A stretch of 62,427 nt of DNA, counting the filler, from Nemertoderma westbladi (Eukaryota > Animalia > Xenacoelomorpha), in NCBI GenBank assembly GCA_032718475.1. It is 3 parts of 3 records of this genome, joined end to end, with 100 filler letters (N's around TTAATTAATTAA, not from the genome) between each part and the next. Parts side by side here need not be neighbours in the genome. Positions count along the whole stretch, not along the records: positions 1 to 18,192 come from JAUCBJ010002866.1; positions 18,293 to 47,849 come from JAUCBJ010005730.1; 1 more part is not named here. One strand, written 5' to 3'. The stretch's first letter is position 1. Each line of letters opens with the position of its first letter. Under the pieces are notes generated by a model. The model searched no databases. It was not told the origin of the DNA and saw only the letters and a program-made list of their open reading frames with translations. Shown piece by piece: positions 12,715 to 25,000 of this stretch. A program made the translations under genes and the position numbers.

Positions 12715-13229
12715 TTCATTTTTTTCATTTTTTTCGTTTTAACATCGCCATTTGTTTTAACCCCGCCAACATTCGTTTTAACTCATCTTTATTTGTTTTA
12801 ACCCCGCCAGCGTCGTTTTAATTCATCCTTCATTTGTTTTTCAACGCCAGCATTAGTTATAAACTCATACGTCATTTGTTTTATAGAACTCGTCGGCGTT
12901 TGTTTTAACTTGTCCTTCAATTGTTTCAACTCGGCCAACAACCCATTGTTTGTTTTAACTCAATACTTGTCTGTTTTTAATTATGAAATATTTATTTTTA
13001 CTTCATTGATTGCCTTTCGTGCAGCGCCTAGAATAATTAGTATCATTTTTAAATAGGCGCTATATAAATTATACATTATTATTATTATTAGTTATTACTG
13101 TATTAGGCTGTTAGGATCTATCTGATTATGGTTTAGAAAACTGCAGTACCTGTACTTGTCTAGTTGTCTGCTTGTACCGGTGCAGCGGTGTGTCGTCTAT
13201 CGCGCGGTCGGCAGTTACGGTAATTCACA

Positions 13230-14573
13230 ATGAAGGTACTTTGTGTCGCCGAGAAAAACGACGCCGCTAAATCGATCTCGCAGATAATGAGTCGGGGAAC
13301 GAGTCATCGTCGGGAGGGCTTCTCGCCCTACAATAAAATCTACGAGTTCGACTACCAGTTGGGGGGTCAGCGTTGTCGGATAGTGATGACGTCATTATCG
13401 GGCCATTTACTGGGCCTGGAGTTTACCGGTTTATACCGCAAGTGGACATCGGTGTCACCGCTGACATTATTCTCGGCTCCCCTCGAGAAGTACACGTTGG
13501 AGAACAACGGAACGGGGCCGAAGATCGAGCGAACCCTGAGACGGGAAGTCGCCGCGGCGGATCTGCTAATTATCTGGACGGATTGCGATCGAGAGGGTGA
13601 GAATATCGGGTTCGAAGTAATCGAAGTCTGTCGGCGAGTTAAACCCAACCTTTCGGTTAAACGGGCGCATTTTTCGGAAATAACCCCGACGTCTATAGAG
13701 AGGGCGTGTCGGACGTTATCCGAACCGGATAGACGCCAGTCGGACGCGGTTGACTGCCGACAGGAGTTGGACCTTCGGATCGGGGCAGCTTTCACGCGGT
13801 TCCAGACCCTCCGACTCCAGAAGGTGTTCCCGGCGGTGCTAGGCAAACAGGTGGTCAGCTACGGCAGCTGCCAGTTCCCGACTTTGGGGTTCGTCGTCGA
13901 ACGGTTCCGCGAGATAGATAAGTTCGTCTCGGAGCCCTTCTGGAAGCTCCGCGTGCGACACGACGCCCCTCAGGGCGTCTGCGAGTTCGCTTGGGAGCGA
14001 GGGCGACTGTTCTCGCGTCCTGCGACGCTCGCTATACTCGATATGTGTCGCGAAGACCCCGAAGCGACGGTGCTGCAAGTTACGCGACGCACCAAATCGA
14101 AGTGGCGACCCGTAGCTATGGATACCGTAACCTTCGAGAAACTCGCATCTTCAAAACTTCGGATAAACGCGAAAGCCGCTATGAAGATCGCGGAGAAGTT
14201 GTACACGAACGGGCGGATTAGTTACCCGCGAACTGAGACCAACGGGTTCCCCAAGGAGTTGGATCTGCGGCGGCTCGTCGAGTTGCAGACCGAGAGTGCG
14301 GAGTGGGGCGCGTTCGCGAGACGCGTCGCAGACGAGGGGCCGACACCGCGGAACGGACGTAAAACCGACAACGCCCATCCACCGATCCATCCAACTAAGT
14401 TCGTCTCCGGGTTGGCCGGGGACGAGGGGCGGGTATACGAACTGGTCTGTCGTCATTTCCTCGCGTGCTGCTCGAAGGATGCGATCGGGGACGAGACTAA
14501 GGTGGTGGTTGGCGTGACGGAGGAGCGGTTCCAGGCGTCCGGGTTGACCGTAGTCGAGAGAAATTATCTGGAG
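13230..14573 (+). CDS. TOP3A: DNA topoisomerase III alpha, first coding exon (partial gene)
   Basis: VLCVAEKNDAAK, WTDCDREGENIG (Toprim), SYGSCQFPTLG, catalytic ISYPRTET and AHPPIHP; ends at a GAG|GTAAAT donor. Remaining exons not seen before the gap. Confidence 0.95.
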
Positions 14574-14982
14574 GTAAATAAATAATAGTATTAGTTTGGA
14601 GCTGTACAAATGAAACGGGGGGTGGGGGAACCCAATGAAAACAAATTAAATATTACAGGACAGGTATCGTTATACAACCGGTATGAAAAGAAAACATTTG
14701 AAATGACAATTTTCTTTTCACGTGTGTTTATGCGTTATACGTTCGAGATTCAAAATACATACTTTAAGGGTTAATCATTTGAAATAACTAATTAGTCCTC
14801 TTAGTAACTACAGTATATTAAATCTCGAACTTATATAAAGCATAAACACAAGAATTTTATAATGTTATAGGATTTGTATAGTAGGTATTTAGGTAATGTT
14901 CTAAATATGATTGGTGGAAGTGGCGATGGTCTCCACTCCACTCATATATTAGACGTGACGTACAAAAGATTGTATTTTAGAA

Positions 14983-17290
14983 CATTTAGACAATTTTTGT
15001 GTGATTTATAAGACCAATTAGATGTTTCTGGGGTAATTTAATGGTGCTGTGTTCGAAAATGGCATTAATAACTACTCAAAACGAAGTCCAAGTACTCTAT
15101 TGGTGAAAAAATGTAAAAATTTGAGTTTTGCGATTGTTCGATAACTGGCAAAATTCAAATGATCATTTGGTGATGTGGCCCAGTGTTGCCGGTCTTGATT
15201 TTTGGTGTGAATATATACAACATGTGATAGTATAATCATGCAAAATTTGATGAGGGTAATCGCACGAATTTTCAAATTATCGCATTTGTCGTTATTTCGT
15301 TTATCACGATATGTGTAAAATTCACAAGTACGATATTTTTCACAATTTTTCTGCTAAATATGGGACAAATTAGATGTTTCTCGGGTGAGTGTCGATGGTG
15401 CAGAGTACGAAAATAGTGCCAAAGGCTACTTAAAACGAAGTCCAAGTACTCTATGGGAGAAAAATTTTAAATAGTTCGATAACTGACAAAATTCAAAACA
15501 TCATTTGGTGATTTGGCTAAGTTTTGGTGGTCTTGATTTTGGTACTATGATCATGCAAAATTTGATGAGGGTGATCACACGAATTTTCAAATGATCGCAT
15601 TTTTCTGGTATCCCGATATGTGTTAAATTCACAAATATGCTAATTCCCAATTTACTACTAAATATGGGACCATTTAGATGTGTTCAAAAATGATGTGAAG
15701 AACTACTCAAAACGAATGGAGAACGAATTTAGTCCATGGATGTTAACTTTATATTATGTTCCTCTACTTGCTTTAATCCGAAGCTGTGAGAAATTTCTTC
15801 ATCAATGCTCGTCCGTTTTAGTTTAATTACAGTCGTTGACTCAGGAAGAAACTGATTGTAAGACCGAGTCCGAGGAACTGTTTTTGCACTATTGAATGGA
15901 CTTTTTAAAAATGACCGACACTGATCATTGTCATCTTCCGTAAAAATCTGTTTTTATAGATTTTAGATTACTTGCACAGAATTCATATGGTGAATTTGTA
16001 CTTACTATCTGCTCACTTACAGGCCCGTAATGCTGATCGTTTAATAACAACACCAATGTCATCTGTAGAAGATTTTCCATGATATGTTGCAAAAAAATCC
16101 CACTGGGCTTTAAGGTCAAAGTCAGTTTCATGATGGCACAGATTAATAAAATTCTTACAATTTTTATACTGGCCAGCACAGCCATCGGCAAAGTACTCCA
16201 TCATATTGATATGAGGTTGTTCATCCCTCATATATTGAATAAGTTTCTGCTGTGCAGTGTATACACATGTTGTATCATGGTCTGAGACATCACTCAGATA
16301 TGCTATAGATTGACATTGATCAGTATCGGTCATTTTTAAAAAGTCGATTCGATAGTGCAAAAACAGTTCCTGGGACTCGGTCTTACCGTCAGTTTCTACC
16401 TGAGTCAACGACTGAAATTAAACTAAAACGGACGAGCATTGATGAAGAAATTTCTCACAGCCACACCTTCGGATTAAAGCAAGTAGAGGAACATAATATA
16501 AAGTTAACATCCATGGACTATTCAGCCTGTACGATGAAGGGTGGTGGATTGGACTTGTGCTAGAGAGCTCTGATGAACATTCAGATTATTTGAATTAGCT
16601 TTGTGCACCCACCAGGTTCTTCAGGGGCACAAACATTTTACTGGCCTCCCATGATGTAGATAAATGTTGGGTTCCAAGCACCAATAACCGCCTAAAGATA
16701 CAACTTCTTATTACCAGAACAGGTCGAACTTATTCAATTTCTACTAATAAATTAATGTTAATTGGATCTCTATTATTAACTGAATTTGACTATAAAATCT
16801 ACTTATTCTGAATATCTTCCGGGTTTATGTGGCTTCCGGCAAAGGTCAATTAAAAAGCAAATATTTTCCTGGTTTATGTGGCTTCCGACAAAGGTCGGCA
16901 AAAGGTCAACCAAAATGCCAATCTCTGCCTTCCTGTAGAATATTGTCGACGAGCCAGAGCTTAAGGCTAATAACCTCAGTTGAACTAAAGCTACCGGGAA
17001 ATTCGTTCTCCATTCGTTTTGAGTAGTTCTTTAAATCATTTTTGAACTCAGCACCACCAAATTACCTGAGAAACATCTAAATGGTCCCATATTTAGTAGT
17101 AAATTGTGAAAATTATCATATTTGTGAATTTATCACATATCGCGAAAAGTGAAATGACCAGAAAAATGCGATAATTTGAAAATTTGTGTGATTCAATTTA
17201 TCCTCCTCAAATTTTACATGATCATACCAAATGTTGTTTATATTCACGCCAAAAATCAAGACCAGCAACACTTAGCCAAATTCGATCAAA
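14983..17290. mobile_element. Degenerate Sola2-like DNA transposon remnant arranged as a fold-back
   Basis: Minus strand 15931-16310: FADGCAGQYKN..FFATYHGKS..D. Plus strand 16330-16750: RFDSAKTVPGTRS and WWIGLV. 15730-15933 is inverted against 16311-16519; ~350 bp subterminal repeats at 14990-15720 are inverted against 17010-17290. Confidence 0.7.
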
Positions 17291-17298
17291 TGATCGAA

Positions 17299-17354
17299 TG
17301 CACCGGTGCACAATCCGCACTACATAAGTGCCAGTGCGGATTGAGCGCCGGTGC
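17299..17354. repeat. Small GC-rich hairpin
   Basis: GCACCGGTGCACAATCCGCACT ... AGTGCGGATTGAGCGCCGGTGC imperfect inverted repeat. Confidence 0.75.
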
Positions 17355-17570
17355 TCAAATATTTCCACTTATATAAATATGGGGGGATTTTTAAAATGCT
17401 CTAATTAACTATTAGGCCTATTTACTTTAGTTCATTGTTAGTTAAGGAATAACAACTGTTAACTTTTCATGTATTAATTTATATTGATTGCATGAGCAAA
17501 TGTGCGGTAACAATAACAATGATATTTTATATTACTAATGTGATGGGATAATTATTGGTACAGTTTTGAA

Positions 17571-17923
17571 GGAAGTAGGACAATTCGTTCCCGGACAATT
17601 CGGTCCCGGACAATTCCGTCCCAAAACACTAAATAAATGGGACCGAATTGTCCGGGACCGAATAGTCCGGGACCTTAGTTTAGTTTAGTTTAGTTTATTT
17701 CGCCACACATGTTAAAATATATAAATACAACAAACAATTATACCTGGTATCAACTTATAAATACGCTACTGCGTGTTACACGGGATTGTTGCTAAATAAT
17801 AATAAACACAAGATAATTGTAATTAAAGATTCAGGTCCTAGGACCGAATTTTCCTAGGACCGAATTGTCCGGGACCGAATTGTCCTAGGACCGAATTGTC
17901 CGGGACCGAATTGTCCTACATCC
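17571..17923. mobile_element. Non-autonomous foldback/MULE-like MITE with modular subterminal repeats
   Basis: GGAAGTAGGACAATTCG ... CGAATTGTCCTACATCC termini; repeated 15-16 bp GGACCGAATTGTCC units in both orientations. Confidence 0.7.
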
Positions 17924-17993
17924 AATTATTATTAATAATAATAATTAGAAAACAATCTGATAATCAAATGAATTTATTGTTATTATTTACTAG

Positions 17994-18192
17994 TCTCTGA
18001 TCGCATTGCCGCCAACGAAAAAATGTACAGTGGTGATTATCGCGTCTCTCCCAACGGTGAATTCAAGTTGACATACCAAGACGACGGTAATCTCGTTCTC
18101 AGATGCGGAAGTACAGCTCTCTGCTCTGGTCAACTAACACCGCAAACACTGATTCTTTCGTTCATTTGGAGGGAGACGACTGCAACTTCGCA
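17994..18192 (+). CDS. Bulb-type (GNA/B-type) mannose-binding lectin domain exon, frameshifted and cut by the gap
   Basis: After a TAG acceptor: SDRIAANEKMYSGDYRVSPNGEFKLTYQDDGNLVLR (QxDxNxV motif). Removing a duplicated CTCTG restores ALWSTNTANTDSFVHLEGDDCNF. Confidence 0.7.
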
Positions 18193-18292
18193 NNNNNNNN
18201 NNNNNNNNNNNNNNNNNNNNNNNNNNNNNNNNNNNNTTAATTAATTAANNNNNNNNNNNNNNNNNNNNNNNNNNNNNNNNNNNNNNNNNNNN
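18193..18292. other. Artificial contig spacer (N-run, TTAATTAATTAA, N-run)
   Basis: Ns flanking a six-frame stop linker. Confidence 0.98.
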
Positions 18293-18689
18293 GACATAAA
18301 CAAAAAAGGTCTTATGTACAATAGTGCCTGATATATGCGAAACAATTTTGAAGTTATTGAAAAAAAAATTTTTGAAAATAAATATTTTGAAGTACATCGT
18401 ACCTGCATGCATACAGAATGCCAACATCAACTGTAATGTGTAGGTTAAAAAAAGGTAGGTGTAGGTGTGATAGACACTTTGGTCACATATAACTTTTTTA
18501 TGCTCAGCCCTTCAATTATTCGCGTATAATTCATTTTGTACTCTGCTACAACTGCTACACACAACTTGCATTGTATTATAAAATGGAGGTGGTTTCATAT
18601 CATGTACGACGTTAACTCACTTACCAACTACTTTACTAAACTTATTTAGGAAAACATCTATAATACATAACTACCCTACTATCACAACA

Positions 18690-18806
18690 ATCCATGAGCT
18701 TTCAAGGTCCTCTGATTTGGAATGACATACCATCCGAGATCAAAAATAAGAAGTCAAAATCCAGTTTTTCAAAAAATTTCAAAAATAAATTGCTATCCAC
18801 ATTATA
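18690..18806 (+). mobile_element. LINE ORF2 C-terminal fragment
   Basis: Translates as FQGPLIWNDIPSEIKNKKSKSSFSKNFKNKLL, the typical CR1/L2/Crack C-terminal motif. Confidence 0.55.
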
Positions 18807-19008
18807 ATCTTCTAAAATTAATCCCAGTCCCTCACACTATATCATCTACTCTTCTCGCTCAGCATACAACAAAATACAATTGGTTTGGGTGAGCCAGGTA
18901 GGTGGGCCATTAGCAATAAAAATTTAAAAAATCTCACACTTAACTCGAATCTAGGATATTACCCGATAGTCGTGCTTACATCATTAATCTGGCAATAATT
19001 TATTTTAG

Positions 19009-22000
19009 TTTACGGAGTATCGCTAGAAGAGGACATTGAGGCCAACACAGCGGGAGATTTCTCTCTCTTCCTGATCGCCTTACTACGCGGCTGTCGTTAC
19101 GAGACGCAGCAAATAAGCAAACAAAAAGCGAACAAAGACGCCGCTGCATTCGCAAGAGTGAGTCATGGTTATAAATAAAGTCACATGTAAAAATCTATAA
19201 GCTTATTTTATTTCCTTCATCAAATAATAACTTGTACACGATAAATAAATAAACAATAACTATTTACATAAATATTATTACATTATTATAATAAAAGCTG
19301 AATAGTGCCCATTCCACACAATGGTTTAGGTAAGTTTGTTACAATATGTCAACTTAACCACAGTGGTGACTTTGTAATAACTATTTACATACTTGTGTGT
19401 AAAGTAGCACTTTAAAGTGTGATGATCCGAGTGACTTTGTTACACGAACGAACATTAGTGAAAATAAAGTGAAAATAAAATAAAGCCACGAGGATCAGAA
19501 TACTGTAAAGTACTTTGCAACAAGTATGTATGTAGTTTTATTCCAAAAGTGTAACATTTCGAAATGATTGTACATATACATTATAAGTGATAGAAACTGC
19601 ACAAATTAAATTAGTTGTTGTATAAATAATTGTAAAAATGACATATAAATCATGTTATAAATAAGTTAGCTTATATTTATGGTGGCGTTTGGAGCCATGT
19701 TAATAGTTTATAGCTACTGGTTATTAATAGCTACCGGTAGGTAATGCAGTAGGCCTATCTGGCTGTCAGGAAATGAATAATAAATACCACCTATTGTTTA
19801 TGTGGTAACAATGACGGCGTGACTTTACAGTCACGCCGTCGGAACATTACATAAATAATAATACCAAATACAATACTTACTAAATGTACAGGCCAATACA
19901 ATACTGTAATGTCCTCTAAGTTTTTAAAGTGCTAAATAACAACTCGCTGTTAATACTAACGGCGTTGAGTAATGATTTATTGAGTAATAAAGGTACGGGC
20001 CTATCCCGGTAAATAAATAAAATAAATAAATAAATAATGTTACAATTTTGGAATAAACATTCTTGAACTTACCGTACATGGGCTATGATCCCCGATAGAG
20101 CAATGGAGAATACTCAAGACGTAGTTTATGATATTAATTAATTTATAGCTTTACGAGGATATCACCATTGGCCGGTAATAAGTTGACATAATGTATCAAA
20201 CATATTTAATAAAGTTACGAATATACATTAGGTCTCTGGTACCTCGGCTATTGATTTACAATTTAATTGCAGAATTGTGAAAAAACCTGGGGAACTCATA
20301 AAGACTGGGGGATGGCTGGAAGATTCGATAATCTTTTAAGTAAATGCAGCTTTAATCAAATAGCCGAGACAATGACTTTGTTCCAACAGGTATGTTGGTT
20401 ATGTTAATTGTGAATAATTTGTAATCGCAACGCCTTGAAATAATTTAGCAAACAGATAAAGTGATAATGATATCGCCGTTTACCAGATCACTCGATTTAA
20501 AAAAATAGCTGAGATGTAATTGGTTTAAATGTAAAATATAACCGACTTTTCTTATTAATAAATATTTGCCCTTAGAGTTGAGACTTGAGGGACTGGTTTA
20601 TTGTGGAATATCACCCATGGTGGCGAAGACGCATTCCTATTCTGACTGAATAAGTCGAAAATATTTTCCCATTCAATATTGCCATTATGTATATATTATT
20701 AATTTCGTTTGCTAACAGTTGCTCGGCATGTTATCTCAGGATCAGCGGGAAAATAAGCCCATTTGTTTTCCAATCGTGTTTATATTATAATATTCACATT
20801 ATTTATATATACAGAGTAATAAGGTTTGAGTACCAGTAGAGTTTAATAATTAAGCTTTATATTCAACACTCCTAGACGGGTCTGTAGGGAACGCATTCTG
20901 GCAGAAAGTCATCAAACGTTTCAACGCCTGTATATACTTCCGTTGGGTCTCGTCATTGAGTACATGGGCGACGTTCTTACTGAACACCTTCTCGCGCCCC
21001 GGGCGCGCGTGGATGCCCACCATGGTGACGCCCATAGGCCAGGGGGCGTTCCCTATCGCCATCTGTAAGTAAGCGTCGTTCGCCTTCACGTAATCGCCCT
21101 GCACCAACTCGCGAACTATAACGCAAACCGAGTCCAGAATATCCTCCTGCAACTCTCCGCTATAGAGTTTATCCAGAAGAGGTTTCAGGTAAGTTCCGGT
21201 CTGTGCGTGGTTGGCCGAAGCTAGCGCCCCCTTGCGTGTCTGCTTGACATCCAACGGGCGGGAGTTCAGTTGGACGGCCCAGAGTTTCAGCAGCACCTTG
21301 AGGTACCGATAGATTATATCCTGTTTCCGTTTACTATCACCGCTTGTGAGGTCCGGTAACATCGATTTAATATCATCTAGAGTATCGGTTTCGCTTTCGT
21401 TTATTCGGATGTCGTATTTAGTGTTGTCTTCCACGCCTTTCGATGCTTCTTCGACTAGCTGACCTTCGAGTGAATCCATAGCGACTTTTAGATCGTTTCT
21501 CATTCCCTCGTTAACTTCAGGTTGAAGCATCTCGGTTCTGCGGAGACGTTGGTACGCTTCTAAGTCGGTTTCGTCGAACAATCTGATTGGTTCGTTACGC
21601 GCGCGCAGTCGCAGGACGACTTCGCTTCGAGTCAGTAGTTCCGGGGGTTGACTTTCAGTGTTTACTAACTCATCCTCGTTCGCTGGCGCTTTCTTGTACT
21701 TACTTTCGTCGAGTTGCTTGCTAGCGGCTCCATCGTATCGTCCCGTTCTCCGGTAGTATTCCTTCTCTTCCACTCGTCGGAGGTCGTCCCGCTTAAAGTA
21801 TTTTTTGTCCGGAGCGATTAGGGAGTGTTTCTCGAGTTGTTGCCGTTTCCGAGCTATTTCTGCTTTTAAGAAATCCATCAAATTTCGTTAAGAATTCGAA
21901 TTGAATTTATTAGCCTAGGCCTATTCTGTATTCATAATAAATTAACGGTAAATACAGTTTAAAATACAAAATTAAAATACAATCTAAAAGTAAATACAGT

Positions 22001-25000
22001 AGACAGGTACTGTTACTGCTACAGCTGCTGTGCAGTTGCAATGCATCATCTTTAATTAATTAATTATTAATGCATGGTGATCTCTCTCTCAGAGGCGTAG
22101 CTATGGGGGGGGGGGGGGGGGGGGGGGCTAAAAGTTTGTTTACCCCCCGGGTGCTGAGTAACCACGCTACTCCTCTGCTCTCTCTACTATTTAGTTAGGG
22201 CCTAGTCTGTTAGTTAGTATCTTCTAAAAGGGGGAATATAACCCAGCCTATCGGATTTGTTTCTTGTGAACCCCACAAGCCCCCTTTCCCAAAAAATGTA
22301 TCCTATACTGTATGTCATTTAAACTAATTGTGAGTTTGAAACTAAAACAAATATATAAATTACAGAGACAGGGGGGGGGGGGGGGCCTGGTCGCAAATCC
22401 TATCTTTGCGAATTAATATCCCGCCTCAATGTTAAATTCTCAATTTATGGAAAGGAGCAGGTTACAATGTGGCACGTTATTTTAACCAAAACAATAAACT
22501 ACAGTAAACACAATAGAACAGGTTACAGTGGCACGTTATCTTAACCAAACCAATAAACTAAACACAATAGAACAGGATAGAGTTTTATTTTTAAGAGTAC
22601 ATAGTCCTAATCAGCTGTTATTTGCGTCGAATTTCCCCTGGAGAGGGATTGATTTTATTGCGTCGAAAGTTCCCCTCTGTCTGAATTTACACCTAAAATC
22701 AATAATTTAAAATTGTATGCCACTTTTACTGTAGTTACCGAGATATACAGTGTAGGCCTACCTTGGCGCCTAGACCCACAGTAAATTAATTATTTTCAAT
22801 AACATCATTATTTCCATCCTTATTCTTATATAATATGCCTTTTGTTTGGCTTGTATTATTTCCTTACAATTTCAATCTTCCAGCAATAAAAATATATATG
22901 TTCCACTACACATATTTTTTGCAGTATGGGATTTTTGTCACCTGTACGTACAGTAGTACAGTATAAGCCCTAATAATACAGTAGAGTTAGCCTACTCTTC
23001 TCTCATTTGTAACAATTTTTTGCTAAGCCACTCCACTAATACATAATGTATATGCATATACATACCTATGTATACGGTAGTACAGTGATATTATACATAC
23101 AGTACTGTATATACCGTAGCTTGCGATAGTAAACTTGAAAATCCAATTTTGAAAAAAGTATCCATCTTCTTTTGATTAACTCGTTCATTAGTCAACAATC
23201 ACGGACATTAATATTTGTTGATATACTGACTGCTACGTGGAAATCAGAATGGGTTCCGTAAAGGTCGTGGGACCATGGAGCCCATTTTGGCACTTAGAAG
23301 GATAATTGAAGAGTTATCAAAAAAGAAAGACAGGCATCTGGCTGTTATCTTTGTTGACTTCTTCAAGGCCTTTGATTCAGTCTCTCGCTCACGTGATTTA
23401 ATTTCTGATGTCAGTTTTCACTTTTAAATAAATCTAGTCTGTCTGTCTGTCGGTCTTTCTGTCAGTCAGTTTGTCAAAACTAAAAAAGAATACAAACTAA
23501 CTTAACAGTCTCGCTATGGGGGTTTTAAGGGGTGCTGATTTCATTTCTGATGTCATGTCAGTTTTCACATTTACATAAATCTAGTCTGTCTGTCTGTTGG
23601 TCTGTCGGTCTTTCTGTCAGTCAGTCTGTCAAAACTTAAAAAAGAGTACAAACTAACTAACATTCTCGCTATGGGGGTTTTAAGAGGTGCTGATTTCATT
23701 TCTGATGTCAGTTATCACGTTTACATACATCTAGTCTGTCTGTCTGTCTTTCTTTCTGTCAGTCTGTACTACTGTACTGTGGTTGTCATTACGCCATATA
23801 CCTAACAATAATACTACAGTCTACAATACTGCCGTTGTTTGGCAATACACCCTATCTCAAAATTTTCAAAAAAAATTTTATTTGACCAATTGGGGTAACT
23901 TGACACGCTCTTTTCAATGAAACTAAGAAAAGTGGGGTGTTCCTTTCACGAAATCGGAATTTTTCAATCTTAAAACACCCCATGGCAGCATCTTAAATCA
24001 ACAGCTTCGAGGCAAAACACCCCATAGCTAAATTCGACCATATAGGGTGCTTTGCCTTGTTAACTCTGTCGACCAAATAACCCTATCCTTGAGTTAGGGT
24101 TTTTTGCCTTGCGCTTTACTTTTAAGCCAATCAATTAGTTAAAGAATTGACCAATCAGAAGTAATATCCTTTGTCATTTAATATTTATTTACACTACTTA
24201 AAGGTAACTCTGTCTGGCGGGAAATTAATTTTAGTTATTTTAATTTGACCTGGGGCAAATTAATTTACCCTATCTAGTTATATTGATTTTTGTTAGGAAT
24301 TTACTCTTTATTACAACCAACAGTGTACTAACAGTCTTATAAGTTTTAAGGGGAAATGGAGTTTGACAATAATGACGAGGAAGAGAATCTGGATACGTTT
24401 TTGGATAAGTTATTAAATCAGAAGGAGAAATAGGAACTGGGACAGATGGAGTAGTTGGACGCCGGGCCTGGGATGGGTGATGTAGTGTTAGGAACTGGGG
24501 AAACGGAAGGTGAAGAAGATGGAGCTCTTGTTGGAACTGGGGGAGGTGGAATGGTTGTTGGAGCTGGGGAAAGTGGAATGGTTGTTGGAACTGGAGAAAG
24601 TGGAATGGTTGTTGGAACTGGGGAAGGTGGAATGGTTGTTGGAACTGGGGAAGGTGGATATGTGGTTGGAACTGGGGAAGGTGGAATGGTTGTTGGAGCT
24701 GGGGATGGTGGAATGGTTGTTGGAACTGGGGAAGGTGGAGATGTGGTTGGAACTGGGAGAGGTGGAATGGTTGTTGGAACTGGGGAAGGTGGAATGGTTG
24801 TTGGAACTGGGGAAGGTGGAGATGTGGTTGGAACTGGGAGAGGTGGAATGGTTGTTGGAACTGGGGAAGGTGGAATGGTTGTTGGAACTGGGGAAGGTGG
24901 AGTGGTTGTTGGAACTGGGGAAGGTGGAATGGTTGTTGGAACTGGGGATGGTGGAATGGTTGTTGGAACTGGGGAAGGTGGAATGGTTGTTGGAGCTGGG

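Larger units (their letters stand above)
8795..13090 (+). mobile_element. L2/CR1-group non-LTR retrotransposon, near full length
   Basis: ORF1, APE endonuclease, RT, 3' UTR with GCGCCTA..TAGGCGC stem-loop and an (ATT)n tail. 5' boundary not resolved. Confidence 0.92.

Noticed and set aside
13230-14585. TOP3A as a complete 451 aa protein or LINE-carried cargo
   Set aside because: The ORF runs past a good GT donor into intron sequence, and it lies after the LINE tail, not within the element.
18193-18292. TTAATTAATTAA as a biological motif, and gene linkage across it
   Set aside because: Assembly linker within N-runs (also at 47850-47949); adjacency across it is not evidence of synteny.
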